NCBI GenBank assembly: GCA_030141605.1
Contig: JAQGDQ010000001.1
Span: 744,001-808,000 of the forward strand
Direction: 5' to 3'
Length of the DNA: 64,000 nt
DNA from: Tubiluchus corallicola
Lineage: Eukaryota; Animalia; Priapulida
The position numbers were made by a program, and so were the translations under genes. The notes beneath the pieces were generated by a model. That model was not told the origin of the DNA and did not search any database. It saw only the letters and a program-made list of their open reading frames with translations. Below are positions 1 to 12,422 of this stretch, piece by piece (the first letter of the stretch is position 1; each line of letters opens with the position of its first letter).

Positions 1-86
1 GACTATTAACATTTTTGCATTTTTTTATTTTTTCATTTCATTTTATTTTTTCAGATGATTAAATCTTATGTAATTTTTTGTTTCAG

Positions 87-2347
87 ATCTGGAGTATGAA
101 GCAAGAATCATGCGTACATGACTTGCAAGCGCATTCTAAGGAAATTTATACAATTAAATGGAGTCCCACAGGTCCAGGAACAAATAATCCAAACATGAGT
201 TTAGTATTAGCTAGGTAAGTATCCTGCCAGCTTAAAACATGACATTCAGGAGAAACTACTGTTCACTAGCATATTAAACGAAAAAGTCCTAGGTGGGAAA
301 TTTTTGCTTTACTTTTTAACTAGAGTACTGTCAACGTGACAGATGTATCAAAATATGTCATACAGTCTACAGTTATAGCATATATTTTGGTCATCATTTT
401 TTGTGTGAAATAAAGATAGTGTTATTGACTAAATTTTATTTAAAAATATGATGGTTTCAGTGCATCATTTGACTCGACTGTCCGATTATGGGATGTTGAA
501 CAGGGGGCCTGTAAACACACGTTAACCAAACATCAAGAGCCTGTATATAGTGTGGCCTTTAGTCCAGATGGAAAATATCTCGCCAGTGGCTCATTTGATA
601 GATGTGTTTATATATGGTCTGTACAGGTAAGCTTTACAAGTCTCTTATGTTTGACGTTCTCATGTTTGTGATGGACACTATTATAGTGACATTTTTCTTT
701 TTTCTATTGTGCTTCAATCTGTTACATTAGTTGGTTAGGTAAAGGGATACTACCTTTTGTGTTTTACTTACGGTTTGCAGCAATCCATAGAGCAGTTACC
801 AGTAGACCATTGCCATTGCCATTATAAATAGTGCTGCAAAGCCAACTTCTGGATAATCCACAATTGCTTTCCAAATACTAATCAGAGATTATGCAAAATG
901 ATACCCGAGTTAAACCATTAGGTGTATGCCACGTGATTCTCATGCATGTCACAAATTAGCTAACAACAGCATTTTAACTACTGATCTATGGTTAACTAAT
1001 TTGTAGTTATTTTCGAGTTCTGTAAGAAATAATGAGAAAGTAGATATTGTCACATGACTCAGATCGCTCAGTGCTCTATCAAAAAAGGTCTAAAGTAACA
1101 GTCACAATGTGGTGTATTGTAAATCTGTTCTAAAATATCTTTGCAAGGCATAGGCATTGATCTTTTTTTACTGTTAGAATAAAAGGAGCTTAGAGATTTG
1201 TTATTTTCTGGTCGTAGTTGTACAAGCGTAAATCTGTGTGTACAAGTAAATTAATTAATTTGTTTTCCGTATTTCAGAATGGCACCTTAGTTAATAGTTA
1301 TAAAGGCACCGGTGGTATATTTGAGGTTTGTTGGAATCATACAGGAGATAAAGTTGGAGCCAGTGCATCTGATGGTTCAGTAAGTTTTTTCATTGTTTGT
1401 GCATGAAAAGCTGAAATCATAATTTACCTGGCTTGTTATGAAACTTAGAGGTATTTAATCAGTTGATAACTAGTTTGAGATTTTTTACATGCATTAGTTG
1501 GATTATTGTTCAGTCTAGTGAAAGAAGTAACATTACCTTAATACATGATTTATTTTACCAGGGATAATATTGTTTCATTCTTGTGCTTATAGCAGATTTT
1601 ATGGCGTAATATGTTGGTTAGAAATTATTGCAAGTACCGTATTTTCCCATGTATAAGAGACCCTTGTGTATAAGAGACCCCTTCAATTTTTAGGCAAAAA
1701 TTCTGGAAAAAAGTTTTTTGGTAATGAATAACTTTATTCATCATAGAAATCATTAAATTCCTCATCACTCTCATCAAAAATATCAACTGGAGTCAGACCT
1801 TCAGCAATTCCAGCCAGTTCATCATCAGAGGAGTCACTCTGCTCAAAATTGGCATTGTCCTCTTTTGACATTTAAAAAAATAATAACTTACCCGGTACAT
1901 TAATTTTATCATTAGAATTTAGCCATGGAGAAGATTTATTGAAAGGAAACTATAATTATTCGAAATAAAACAGTTGTAGAGCACTTATTTCTTTAAAATC
2001 ATTAGTGTCACAATTTATGCATCTTATTGAAAAGACTTACTCCCATGTATAAGAGACCCCTTATTTTTAAAGTGAAAATTCTGAGCAAAAAAGGGTCTCT
2101 TATACACGGGAAAATACGGTAGTTTGTCTACTGCAACAATATTTGTTTTTGTAATTCAACAATAAATTTTGTTACTTAATCAGTATGTAAATATATGATG
2201 GTATAGTATATAATTGATCAGTTTTGCAATGAATGCCAATTAATGCTGTCATTGCTCATTGGCAATGTAGATGTAATAGAATTATGTTTCAAGTTTATTA
2301 ATTCTTATTTACTTCTTTAGGTGTTTGTATTGGATCTCAGAAAGTGA
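87..2347 (+). CDS. TBL1XR1: F-box-like/WD40 repeat protein TBL1X/TBL1XR1 (ebi), last four coding exons; 5' part lies outside the window
   Basis: Exons 87-214, 461-626, 1278-1379 and 2321-2347, all GT-AG and phase-consistent. They translate to [36 protein letters not shown]...[15 protein letters not shown]...[23 protein letters not shown]...[11 protein letters not shown]...[17 protein letters not shown], the characteristic TBL1 C-terminus. Confidence 0.97.
1637..2119. mobile_element. Non-autonomous pogo/Tc1-mariner-type element (483 bp) in the last TBL1 intron
   Basis: TIRs CCGTATTTTCCCATGTATAAGAGACCCTT / AAGGGTCTCTTATACACGGGAAAATACGG (1 mismatch), TA on both sides (1635-1636, 2120-2121), and internal repeats of TGTATAAGAGACCC. 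Confidence 0.9.
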
Positions 2348-5300
2348 ATTAATTGCATACACAAATGCACTACCTCAGTTTGCAATGGCATAAATGCAAA
2401 TAGCACTGCCACAAGGTACATTCATCTCGCCTTATGAGGCAGTCTGCAGCTATTGATATTAGTGGTTCTTTATTGGTTACTGCATCTTTTGAAATCATCA
2501 AATTCTTGGAGTGGAATTTTGGATCTCCAGATAGATTTAGTACACAATAATGGTAATTGAAATGGTAAAGTTATTTGTTTTAGGCATTGTACAACTCTTT
2601 GTTACCTTGAGCTGTGCAATATGTGAATGTCGTTTATAAAAATGAACCAACAACACTAAGTGCATATAGTGTACTTATATGATGGTAATGTAACTCTTTT
2701 AAGGTAAATTGCAACTGAAGGTGAAATATTTCTCGCTCAAGTAGTCGCATAAGCACTTGTATGTAGAGAAACTAAACTGCAGAAGTAAGCTTTGTAAGTA
2801 GAACTTTCCATACTGCAAAATAGGTGCAGTTTCTAGACCAGCCAAAAAACTTCATTGTCACAAAATCACGCTTGGTAAAACTCGTCTAATCCATTTTATT
2901 TGCGGTTTGTTTTAACTGGGATTGTACAAAAGTGTTATCTGGCGGCTTGCATAGGTTTGCCTTGAATCACTGATGAATGTGGTCAATGGTTGTGAAAACA
3001 ATATCTGTATGTGTTTGCGTGTGTGAGTGTGCTTGTGCATGTGGCTAATGTCTGAGACACATAGAAATGGTATATATATTCCATCTGTAATACACTGCTC
3101 ATTGGGCTTCATTGTGTTATTTCAGTATACACCATTTTTTGTAAAAGGTAAGCTAGCAAAGTTTATACTTATGGCTGAACTCCTAAGTGTTAGTGCAACG
3201 CTGCATTTGTTTTGAGTGTCATTTATCTAAGGTTCTAAATGTAAATGTGTACATTCATTATGGCATTTTTATGATCTATTATGAGATGAAATATTTGATC
3301 TTTTCAAATAATTTTGTATATTTTATAATTATATTGTTAGCTAGCTTGAGCTAACCTTAATTACATGACTTATAATATTATGCCGTTTAACATTTGAAGC
3401 GCAGTGTAATACTAAGTCTCAATATTATGGTTACTGGTTTAATCAAGACCGATGCAGTCCTAAAATATAGATGTGTATATATTGCAAGGTAGGTATCTCC
3501 GAGAAGTTTATCTTGCCATTTAAATATGATTTGACACCCTTAGTAAAATACAAAGACGTTACCTTTGTAAAAATGCTCTGTACAAAATTTGCAATGTATG
3601 TGCCGCACAGAACCAGTGATGTTTCTGTGTTGCAGTATTTTTTGTTTTTAATCACCAGTAATTGAACTACATTGTATGTTAGATTAAGTAAATAATAATT
3701 TCAAGCCCGTCCATTTTCTCATTTGATGTTTACATTGGATTAAAAGAGTATTACATGAAATTTAAAACAAGTAGAAAACAAATCGAAAGTTGTAGGTCTG
3801 CAAAATTGACTTGCCTTTACACTGTAGTAATTTGCAATCTTTTTTTGAATTTCCGTCTCTGGATATTTGTTGGAAGACTGAAAATTACAATAGGCTTTTT
3901 AATTGTATTTCTAAGCAATAGCTTTCGTACATGGTTATTTTAATTGTGGTAGAACTTATTGTTACAATTTGGTGTTTCAAAGTGAATGTGTGTTAGATTT
4001 GAATATTTTATTTTTTGGGGCTACACTGGAAAATATGTACACATATCTAATACATGAAATGAATTGGAAAGCTTCGAAAAATTTGGAAAAATAAACCTGT
4101 AAATTTTTGATTTGGTAATAACTATAAAGCAAAAGCAAGTCTTTGTGTCATAGTTACTCAAATAGCGATAAGCTGTTCACTGTTGTATAAACACATTTGT
4201 AAATGTACTGTGCAGTCATTTTATTACAATTTTTGAATTTTTAGAGTTCTGACTGCGATAATTTCGCTGCATTTTTCATAACAATAAGTACTGTTAAATT
4301 CTGTACAATCACTTGGCAACAAAGATAACTATATTTTGGTATTTATACAATCTCACTTTGGTTTTCAGTCTTTGCTTCTTTGGTCTATTAAAAGATTGTG
4401 CAGTTTTTCTGGCAATGTACTGCTTAAGTAATGATGCAGTATTAAATGCAATACACAAAAGTTTATGATAAAGTGTTTCGTCGTAGTTTAATGCTCACTG
4501 TAGTGGTATCATTCATAAACCTTAGCCGTTTGCCTCACAGAGGAGGATGTATAAAATTATACATCTGAGCATGGCTGAGACATCAGTTTTGCTGGCTCAG
4601 TGGCTTATCTTAAGCGTAGTTCCCACACATGGCAAAATTCCTTGAGGAAAGCTTTGTTTTCTATGGTGCATTTGACACAGATCCTCGTAGTTTTCCTCCT
4701 GAGAAATTCTGTCACCAGCTGCAGCTTGGCATCTCTTCTGAAGAATTTTGCTGCTTGGTACAAATGGAATGTTTCATTTCATGTTATTAGTGAATGGTTT
4801 ACAACTTTGCACATCACATTTTCAACAAAAAATGAAGAAAACAGTCCTTTAGGGCAGAAGAAACTTGTCTGTTTTAAGCCCTCTGAATAGATATGTTCAA
4901 TTACCATTTAACATTTCCATTTCATTATTTTCATGTATCACTTTAGCATGTTAACACAAGTTCTAAGTCTGACATGTTGTAGTACTTGAGCTATGGTTAT
5001 TGTTATTATGTAATCGCAGGGATCATTCGAGGTAGAAGATCGATTGACTATGGAAAAACAGTTGACATTTTTCAAGTGATTATAAAAACCTGAGATGTTC
5101 ATTGATACGATCCGAGCTTCCAACTGAAATACTTAATGAAATGCAATTTATTCCATTAAAAATAAGAGCAACCATTGTGCACTTCTAAAATTGGTCATTT
5201 CGAAATTTATAAGAAAAATAAGAAGAATTTAAAGAATGAATAGACTGGGATAAAGTTGTAGTAGTTTTGCAATGGTGTTCAGTGGCTACTCTATTTTTTT

Positions 5301-5695
5301 AATATTTCAAGAATTGCATTCGTTTCTTAACACGCCAGATTTACCTTCAGTTATAACTATTTTTTTACAAGAAAGAGAAAAGCATCCTATTTCTTGCTAT
5401 GTGAAAAAGAAGCTTTAATTGTAAAGCTAAGAGTTATACACAATGACAGTGTCCTGCTAGTAAGTAAAGTTGTTTGATTCGTACTAATTTTTCAAAAAGA
5501 AAACACACATTCAATGCTAATGCTTAGTTGGTTTTTTTTTACTATATACAGATACACCTCAGAAACGTTATCACATTATGTAGTATTACAAGAAAAAAAA
5601 TGACACGTAAAAATTGCACAAGCAGCGGTTTCGGGCAAGTTGTTATCACTGTCAAAAACTCCGCATTCTAATGACCCAATTTGGTAATTTTAGTT

Positions 5696-6274
5696 TTGTC
5701 AGAATGGCGCGTACTCATGATTTTGTCTTTATTTTCTTGCTGAATAAGCGAGTACTTCAATAGGTGTAAGTCGAAACGCAGGCCTTGCAAACTATTAGGC
5801 CTGATGGGTAGTTGCTATCTTACTATGTAAACGAGTGTATGTACTATGTAAAAACTCGTTGCAAGGACGCTTTTGATCGACTCAAAGAACCGTGTTTAGC
5901 GCAACCAATCTGCGACCAGGTGAGCACATCAATGAAAAATGGGTCGATTTGGGCCTATTTATACTGACTGTGGCTATAACTGGGCAACTTCCTTGCTTTT
6001 AAATGTTTACTTCGGTTTCTCTGGATCTTTTTGCACATACTGATGTAACACACATTACGCAAAACATTCTAATCGAAAACACTAAAAAAGACTGGGATCT
6101 CTTGTTAGATTCACACACAGTTTCACGCATACGCACCATCCGACTAATAGGTGTTAGAGATGTACCCTTGATACACGACACAAACACCTTGAACGTAGGT
6201 GCCGAAGTGTGTAAAATGTGTTAAGAACCTATGAAAATGCGCCCTGACAATCTGTGGGGCGCAACACATTCTAT
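5696..6274 (+). mobile_element. Putative Helentron/Helitron-type non-autonomous element
   Basis: Imperfect inverted repeat TTGTCAG..GGCGCGTACTCAT (5696-5718) vs ATGAAAATGCGCCCTGACAA (6231-6250). The right copy overlaps a GC hairpin TGCGCCC-n12-GGGCGCA (6238-6263). The interior is CpG-rich. Confidence 0.4.
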
Positions 6275-7249
6275 TATAGAAGAAGTTGAAAAGAATATGT
6301 TTATTATTTTGATTATATCAGGGCTTCTCATTTCCATAATTTACATAAACCCTACACTTAGCATAATCATTTGAATTGGGTATTTTTTAATTTACTATAA
6401 TTATTTTAGTTATGGAATTATCCAATACAGCAGATAGCGGCACATGCTGAGAATAAACTTGCAGAGCGAATGGTGAAACGCCTGGTTTTATTGATTTTTA
6501 TGAAATGACCGACTCCCCTCGTCTGGTAATGCAATCGTCCATTCTGGTTTTCGACGGCTAGTCTTTGTGCAGCAAGGCTGAGGGAGAGTTTGAGGGGTAT
6601 GTCTATGGAGCACAAAGATTTAATGCTGCATGACTTTATCAACTGTGATAGGAAGATGTTGGATTTTTGATGCATGTTGCGCGTGTTTTAAAGTCTTCTT
6701 CACTCTTCTTAGGTATTACGTCGCACTTTTTGCGTCAGGTACGTTGATATTTTTTGCTTGTTTAGTAATACGTACCTCTATTGCAGGATATGTATAGCCT
6801 TACAAAAAAACTGTAGGATCAAGCGAATTTAGGCTTACTTAAATCTAATAGTAATATAATTGTAGTGTAATAATACGCGAAATAGTCTATCAGAAGCTTA
6901 TCATCATAGATCTTTTATTGCATGTTGATAAAAGTGATAGCTCTAATTAATTCCATGGATTATTATTTAATAAATTAAAAAATTATTTTATACCTCTATA
7001 CTACTGTTTCTATTTAAACTGCATGATGGTTCTGCTAGATTACCTAGAGTTCTAGTTTTACCACTTTAATATTTTTTGCTGACTTTATTTTTTAGAATCA
7101 GTTTTTCATTTCTTTTTGGAAAATTTAATACTGAAATTACTTGACGTAACCCTAGTCTCAGGACATGTATATAGCACTTCTAGTACTTAACATTGCGCTA
7201 CACAAATACTAACTATATACATAATAATAATAATAGTGCACCTAATCAT

Positions 7250-8120
7250 AGACGTAGACATGGACATTTTCACCTTTATTGAAGATACTTATACTACATA
7301 CGGTGTACATGAAATTTTTTGTTTATGCTTTGCACAGACTAGCTAGGCAATTAGCACAAAGTTTATCAATGTAATTAAATTCAGCTGTACATATAAATCT
7401 AAATGTTACAATAAATTATTGCAAATTTAAATTCATTATAAATGTTACAATATCCTATCAATAAAACATCCAAGGCACTTGCAGTCATCAACTACTTCTA
7501 CGTAAGTATTATTGGTGTCAACAAGCATAATCTTAGATCTATTTTGAATTGGAAGTCGAATATAATTCCTTAGTTTTTGATGCATTTTACTACTGCACCA
7601 CTCAATACCATTGCTGAGGACAAGTTTATAGTTAACTCATCATTGTTTAAAACAATACCTAAAATCACAGTGTCGTCCTGCATCTGAATATTTAATAATT
7701 TTTAATTGGTTTCTTTGCAACTTAGATCATTTGTGTAGAACACAAAAAGGAGAGATGACAAAATACAGTCTTGTGGATTTCCTGTGTTGACCTCAGTGAT
7801 AGAAGAGACTACACACTTAGTCTGAACAAACCGTTTTGAATTCTATGTGTCATAAAATCTAACATAATTTGTTTCAAAACACAAGGAACCTTAAACTTGG
7901 AAAGCTTTTGGCTGTACTGTATTAAATGCAGAGGAAAGTGAATAAAAGGATTTCTAACATAATTAGATGATTTTTGATCTAAGTGTCTGTTTCTAATTAT
8001 AAGACAATTGGCAGCATCCCTAATAGACCTGTTCTTAACACCATTTTCACGCTTTCTGATTTGGTGATTATCCGGCTAGCATTTACCGTCTGTCTGTATT
8101 TTCTCTGAGTTATTATTGGT
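7250..8120 (-). mobile_element. Highly degenerate non-LTR retrotransposon RT remnant (CR1/L2/Rex-like); boundaries approximate
   Basis: Frameshifted minus-strand pieces resemble RT motifs: IMLDFMTHR, EVNTGNPQDCILS (GxPQG motif), YTNDL, IIKY, EVVDDCKCLGCFID. Confidence 0.6.
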
Positions 8121-9189
8121 GATATTTACAGACTAATTTCGTTTTATATAAAATTATTATAATCATAACCATAATCTTTTTATTTATCTTGCAATACACG
8201 TAAAGTTATGTTACAATTAATTTGGAAAAAAATTGTGAAGAAAGGGCAGCGAAAGACCAATTGGTCATCCAGTCAGCTGCCCTTTGGTTAGTGATGAACA
8301 TTTTTATAAGGGCTGTGCTACAGTGTATTAGTGTTAGTACTGCTTGTAATTTGGATTTAATTCTTACAAATGACATTAAATTGATATGCTTGTAACGTGT
8401 TATATGTAACATATTAATACAATTCATACGCAGTAATAGTGTATATTAAAAAATCAAAAAAGAACTGAAAATAAAAATCTGACAACGGAAACATAAGGAC
8501 ATTGGCAACTGAAATATACTTCATGACATAAAGGAGCGTGAAGCCTGATTAGCGACGACGAGAGAAACAATATAGTCTATCTATAATAATATCATCTATT
8601 ACCTATCATTAGCGACTGTTGAATTGTGTTCACCTTTGGGGTTACTAATATAAGTGCTCTGCATCGGTTAGCAGCACGTGTCATGTACAGCAAACTGACC
8701 AAGCCATTATAATAAGTAGATTACTTTGTGTCTGCAATGCTGAAATCACTTGGTCTACTTGAATACAAAAGAAAAAACGCTTCTCTACAGCGTCGCATAG
8801 TGGTGCACCTTGAAAGACTTCAAGCCTGGTTTAAGTTTAATTGGGATTGGTTCGAAGGCTGTCATCCTTCTGTCATTAATTATGATTTTCAATTCATGGA
8901 ATTTATAATGTTACTTACTTGCTTCGTGCAATTACTATATAAGTTTTAGTTAATAACGACGACAGGGATCAATTTCGGATAGTTATTTGCCTGCACGGTT
9001 CTCAGGCTATTTATTCTACCACCACACAATAGACCTGTACCATCATTTATGCTTAATAATAGCTTAAACTGAATTGTTTGTTGGCGCATATTTGCTTTTC
9101 ATGGCCCGACTGCTACACTTCAAATTTGTAGCACTTTAGGCTTCAATCAAGTTTAGCTTTGAAACGCAATGCTTTTTCAGCCTTTGTGA

Positions 9190-9420
9190 GGCTCTATTCC
9201 AGTTTGCACAGGGTTTGTGGGTTAGAATCTCACTCTTGTTGGGATTTGTCGAGCGCTGTTCCTTTTGGATAGGACACCCTGACGTCTTCCCAGGTCTACT
9301 CAGGGTACCTAGTTATGAGATGTGGGAAGAACGGCTGCCGTTCTCGTCGTGTGCCGATTGCGAATAACAGGTGCTTTGTCTATTCATACGCCTTTAGGCA
9401 TGTCACAAATCTTCTATTTT
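9190..9420 (+). mobile_element. Possible degenerate tRNA-derived SINE
   Basis: B-box-like GGGTTAGAATCTCAC, a central CCCAGGTCTACTCAGGGTACC block and a tail ATACGCCTTTAGGCATG resembling SINE 3' ends. Single copy in the window. Confidence 0.35.
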
Positions 9421-10297
9421 CACTCGCATCGCCGTCAGATTATGAGAATAGTCTCGGACGTCAACCTGGTTTACAGTCTCCCAGGTCTCCATTAAATTCA
9501 GGAATCACTATAGAAAATTCCAGTATTACTGTGCTGTAGATAAGGCTACTATATTAACTGCCATTAAATCCAAATCCTCGAAAAACTTACCATGGTAAAC
9601 TTAATTACTTAATGTTGTCTTTAAACATATTAGTTGTGATCACTTTTTAGTTTTTTTCCTGATATTTCAACTAAAGAGTTAGTAATTAATCTATCCATTT
9701 CCTGAAAAGATAGTTTGATGTCCGACATGTGCTTCATACAATGCTGACACTAGATTTTACTACGTTCAAAGCTAAAATGGCATTCGCGTCCTACTTTAAC
9801 CAGAACGTTAATAGTTTTTATATTACACAAACAATTTTTCCTTGGACAAATACATTGACAAAGCGGAAAACACTAAGTTGATAATTTTTCAGAACTTATT
9901 ACAGCTTCTTTATTTTTGATTAACGCCTTGTATATTTCGACGTAGTCCACTCAGCTCGCTAATGATAAATGGGCCTATAATTCACCGTTCTATTATGAAG
10001 GGCGACTTTCAAGCGTGGAAATTAAACAAGACCGTATGAATCAAATCCGCGAACGTAGCGTTGTGACCGTGTTTACACTTCACTATACTGGTGGAGTGTG
10101 GTTAACTCATGTAATTACTTGTAGATTATTATGCTCAAACACGATTAACCAGTATGAACAATGCTCGTGACTCGTGAAATTTAAATTTCCCAACTTTGCA
10201 TACTATGGTTTTGCAGTTATTTAATGTTGCGAGACTTATGACTTGACGGACAAAGCCATTTGCCCCCTAATTGCCACATTTTGGCTATTGGCTTTGT

Positions 10298-10442
10298 GAC
10301 CAGACGGTTTACTCTAGTGGTAACGTGTGCACTTTCTGTCTGGGAGGTCGTTAGTTCGATACAGTGGCCGGGTCATACCAAAGACTAAAAATGGTACCTG
10401 CTGTCGTAGTACTTTAGGTAAAACTCGGGTAATAATAATCTG
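10298..10442 (+). mobile_element. tRNA-derived SINE, family A, copy 1
   Basis: A-box-like TACTCTAGTGG, B-box-like GTTCGATAC, core GGCCGGGTCATACCAAAGACTAAAAATGGTACC, end TAATAATAATCTG. Similar to the copies at 27585-27740 (-) and 52703-52842 (+). Confidence 0.75.
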
Positions 10443-10547
10443 TTATGTAGGTCTAAATTTATTATTTACACACTCGGCGTACAGTTGGCGAAAAAAGCTT
10501 TTGAGCTTATGTTAATTGTTAATTCAAAGGCCGACTTTAAATGAAAA

Positions 10548-11700
10548 TTGTTAATATGTGGCACTTGTTTCAGACCCAAGCTTTTTATTTTGTCTGTACA
10601 CCTATTCATTACTGACCTGGGAGACTCTGGCGCTTTTAAATATGCGGATGATGTATCTAGCCAAGGTAATACAGAGACAATTAATAATAAAAAGCTCAGT
10701 GGTGTTGTTACAGTCTTTATAGGTGGTGCTGTAGGTGGAGATTAAAACTAAATAGTGCATCAGGTAAAACTGAAATTATACTATTGCTTTAAATAATGCG
10801 ACACTAAACGTACGGGCTGGAAGTAAAGGAATAAATTACGTCCAAGAAAGCAGAGTTCTAGGTGTAACTATAGATAGTGAGTTGGCATTTGATAAACATA
10901 AAATGTAAGAAGAACTCAATGGGACAGATTGGTGCAAATTAAACGGAAAAGTTACTTGTATAAAGGTTTTTCATTAACTACTATTATAGCCTATTTAACA
11001 GTTTTGTTATGCCAGTGATTATTTTCAGGTGGAGCTGCCTGGATTGCTCGTAAACATAGTATTTTGACGATTTTTTACGACTTTATGAGAACTGGAACTG
11101 ATTTAGGTTTTAGACCATCGCTTGATAAATTAGAACTGATTACCTTTTTGAAATCATTAGTAAAACGATTGCAATAAAATTAGTATTAAAAACATTGGCA
11201 GCCTCAGAAACGAATTTGGTTAAAAGAAACCTTGTTCAGGTAAACGGCAATACGAATGTTGGTCATACCATTTTCAAAACCACCATCTTGCGAGCACTGC
11301 CCAATTCCTAAAAATTAGTAAAAACTTCAAGATGTTTAACGTTCAGCTAACTGAAATTCCTACAGGCACGCTAAAATACTCAAAAAATATATCGATAAAT
11401 TTATCTTGCAAGCATGGGCAAAGCGCTGCTCTAATTGTATTTTTTTGGAGAATGTGCGTTCAACTCAAATGTAATTGATCTATGCCCACTAAAATTATGC
11501 ATCAGTCTAAGAGAAAGAAAAATAGAAAGATTTGCTTTTACCCTTTTAGCTGGACAAGCTGATTTTGGACCGTAATTTTTGTACCATATTGGATATGCAG
11601 ATACTGGTATACGTGAATGTATGAATGGTAGACAAAACTCCGCATCATTTATTGTTTGAATGCCACCTAGTTGATACAACAAAAAGAAATGCGTTAACGG
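10548..11700 (+). mobile_element. Degenerate LINE ORF2 remnant (RT plus C-terminal CCHC-like knuckle)
   Basis: LFITDLGDSGAFKYADD (catalytic YADD), RVLGVTIDSELAFDKH near 10855, and LLAGQADF..LYHIGY..C..TPHHLLFEC near 11545-11670. Many stops and frameshifts. Confidence 0.8.
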
Positions 11701-12032
11701 ATAAATTACTGCGTTAAATAAATGACAATAACAGATAAATAATGACGCGTTAGTTCTCCTAGATTTGCGAGCGCTAGCGCTCGAGGATTAAAACGTACCC
11801 TATGATTTATTTTATGTTTTTTTAAGCAGTTTACTTTCATACTTTCATTGTTGCACTGGTTCATTGATAGAATGACGAGGCCATTAATAGTTTAGACAAT
11901 CAAGTTAACATGTACTTTGTTGTTAACAAATGAAGCCACGTCAGCAATTAGCTTAGACTTAAAGGGAGAAAAGTTTGGCGGGTTTGAGACTTGGCGTGGT
12001 GGCATGTTGGCGAAGTGCAAGCATATGCTGGG

Positions 12033-12422
12033 TAGGGGTGAGCATTCTCTACCAGAAAGCGAATTCGAATCAAACCGAATTTGTGACTTCCGAATTCGAA
12101 TCGAACCGAACTTCAGTGTTTCGAATTCGAATTGAGATCGAAAGATTTTCGAACAAGTTTTCGAATCACCAGCAAAAATTAGTCTTACAAAGATCATGCA
12201 TATCACTAGATTTTGTTCTGCAATAAAACGACTAGTAATTTCTTTAAAATGGTGTGCAGAAATCACAGCTAAATTATGCTAATTGCATGATGTTTCAATC
12301 GTTTTAGTGATAAAGAACATGTGTGATTGAAGTGCTGAATTATTCGAATCTATAGTTTTGGATTCGAATCGAGTTCGAACTAAAAAAAAACTCTCGATTC
12401 GAACGTTCGATGCTCATCCCTA
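12033..12422. mobile_element. hAT (Ac-like) MITE, complete, 390 bp
   Basis: TIRs TAGGGGTGAGCAT / ATGCTCATCCCTA, perfect 8-bp TSD ATGCTGGG (12025-12032, 12423-12430), dense subterminal TTCGAA/ATCGAA repeats, and a second copy at 31928. Confidence 0.93.

Noticed and set aside
12055-12410. GAA/TTC repeats as heat-shock elements or a CRISPR-like array
   Set aside because: TTCGAA lacks the nGAAnnTTCn spacing and there is no repeat-spacer periodicity; these are subterminal repeats of a hAT MITE.
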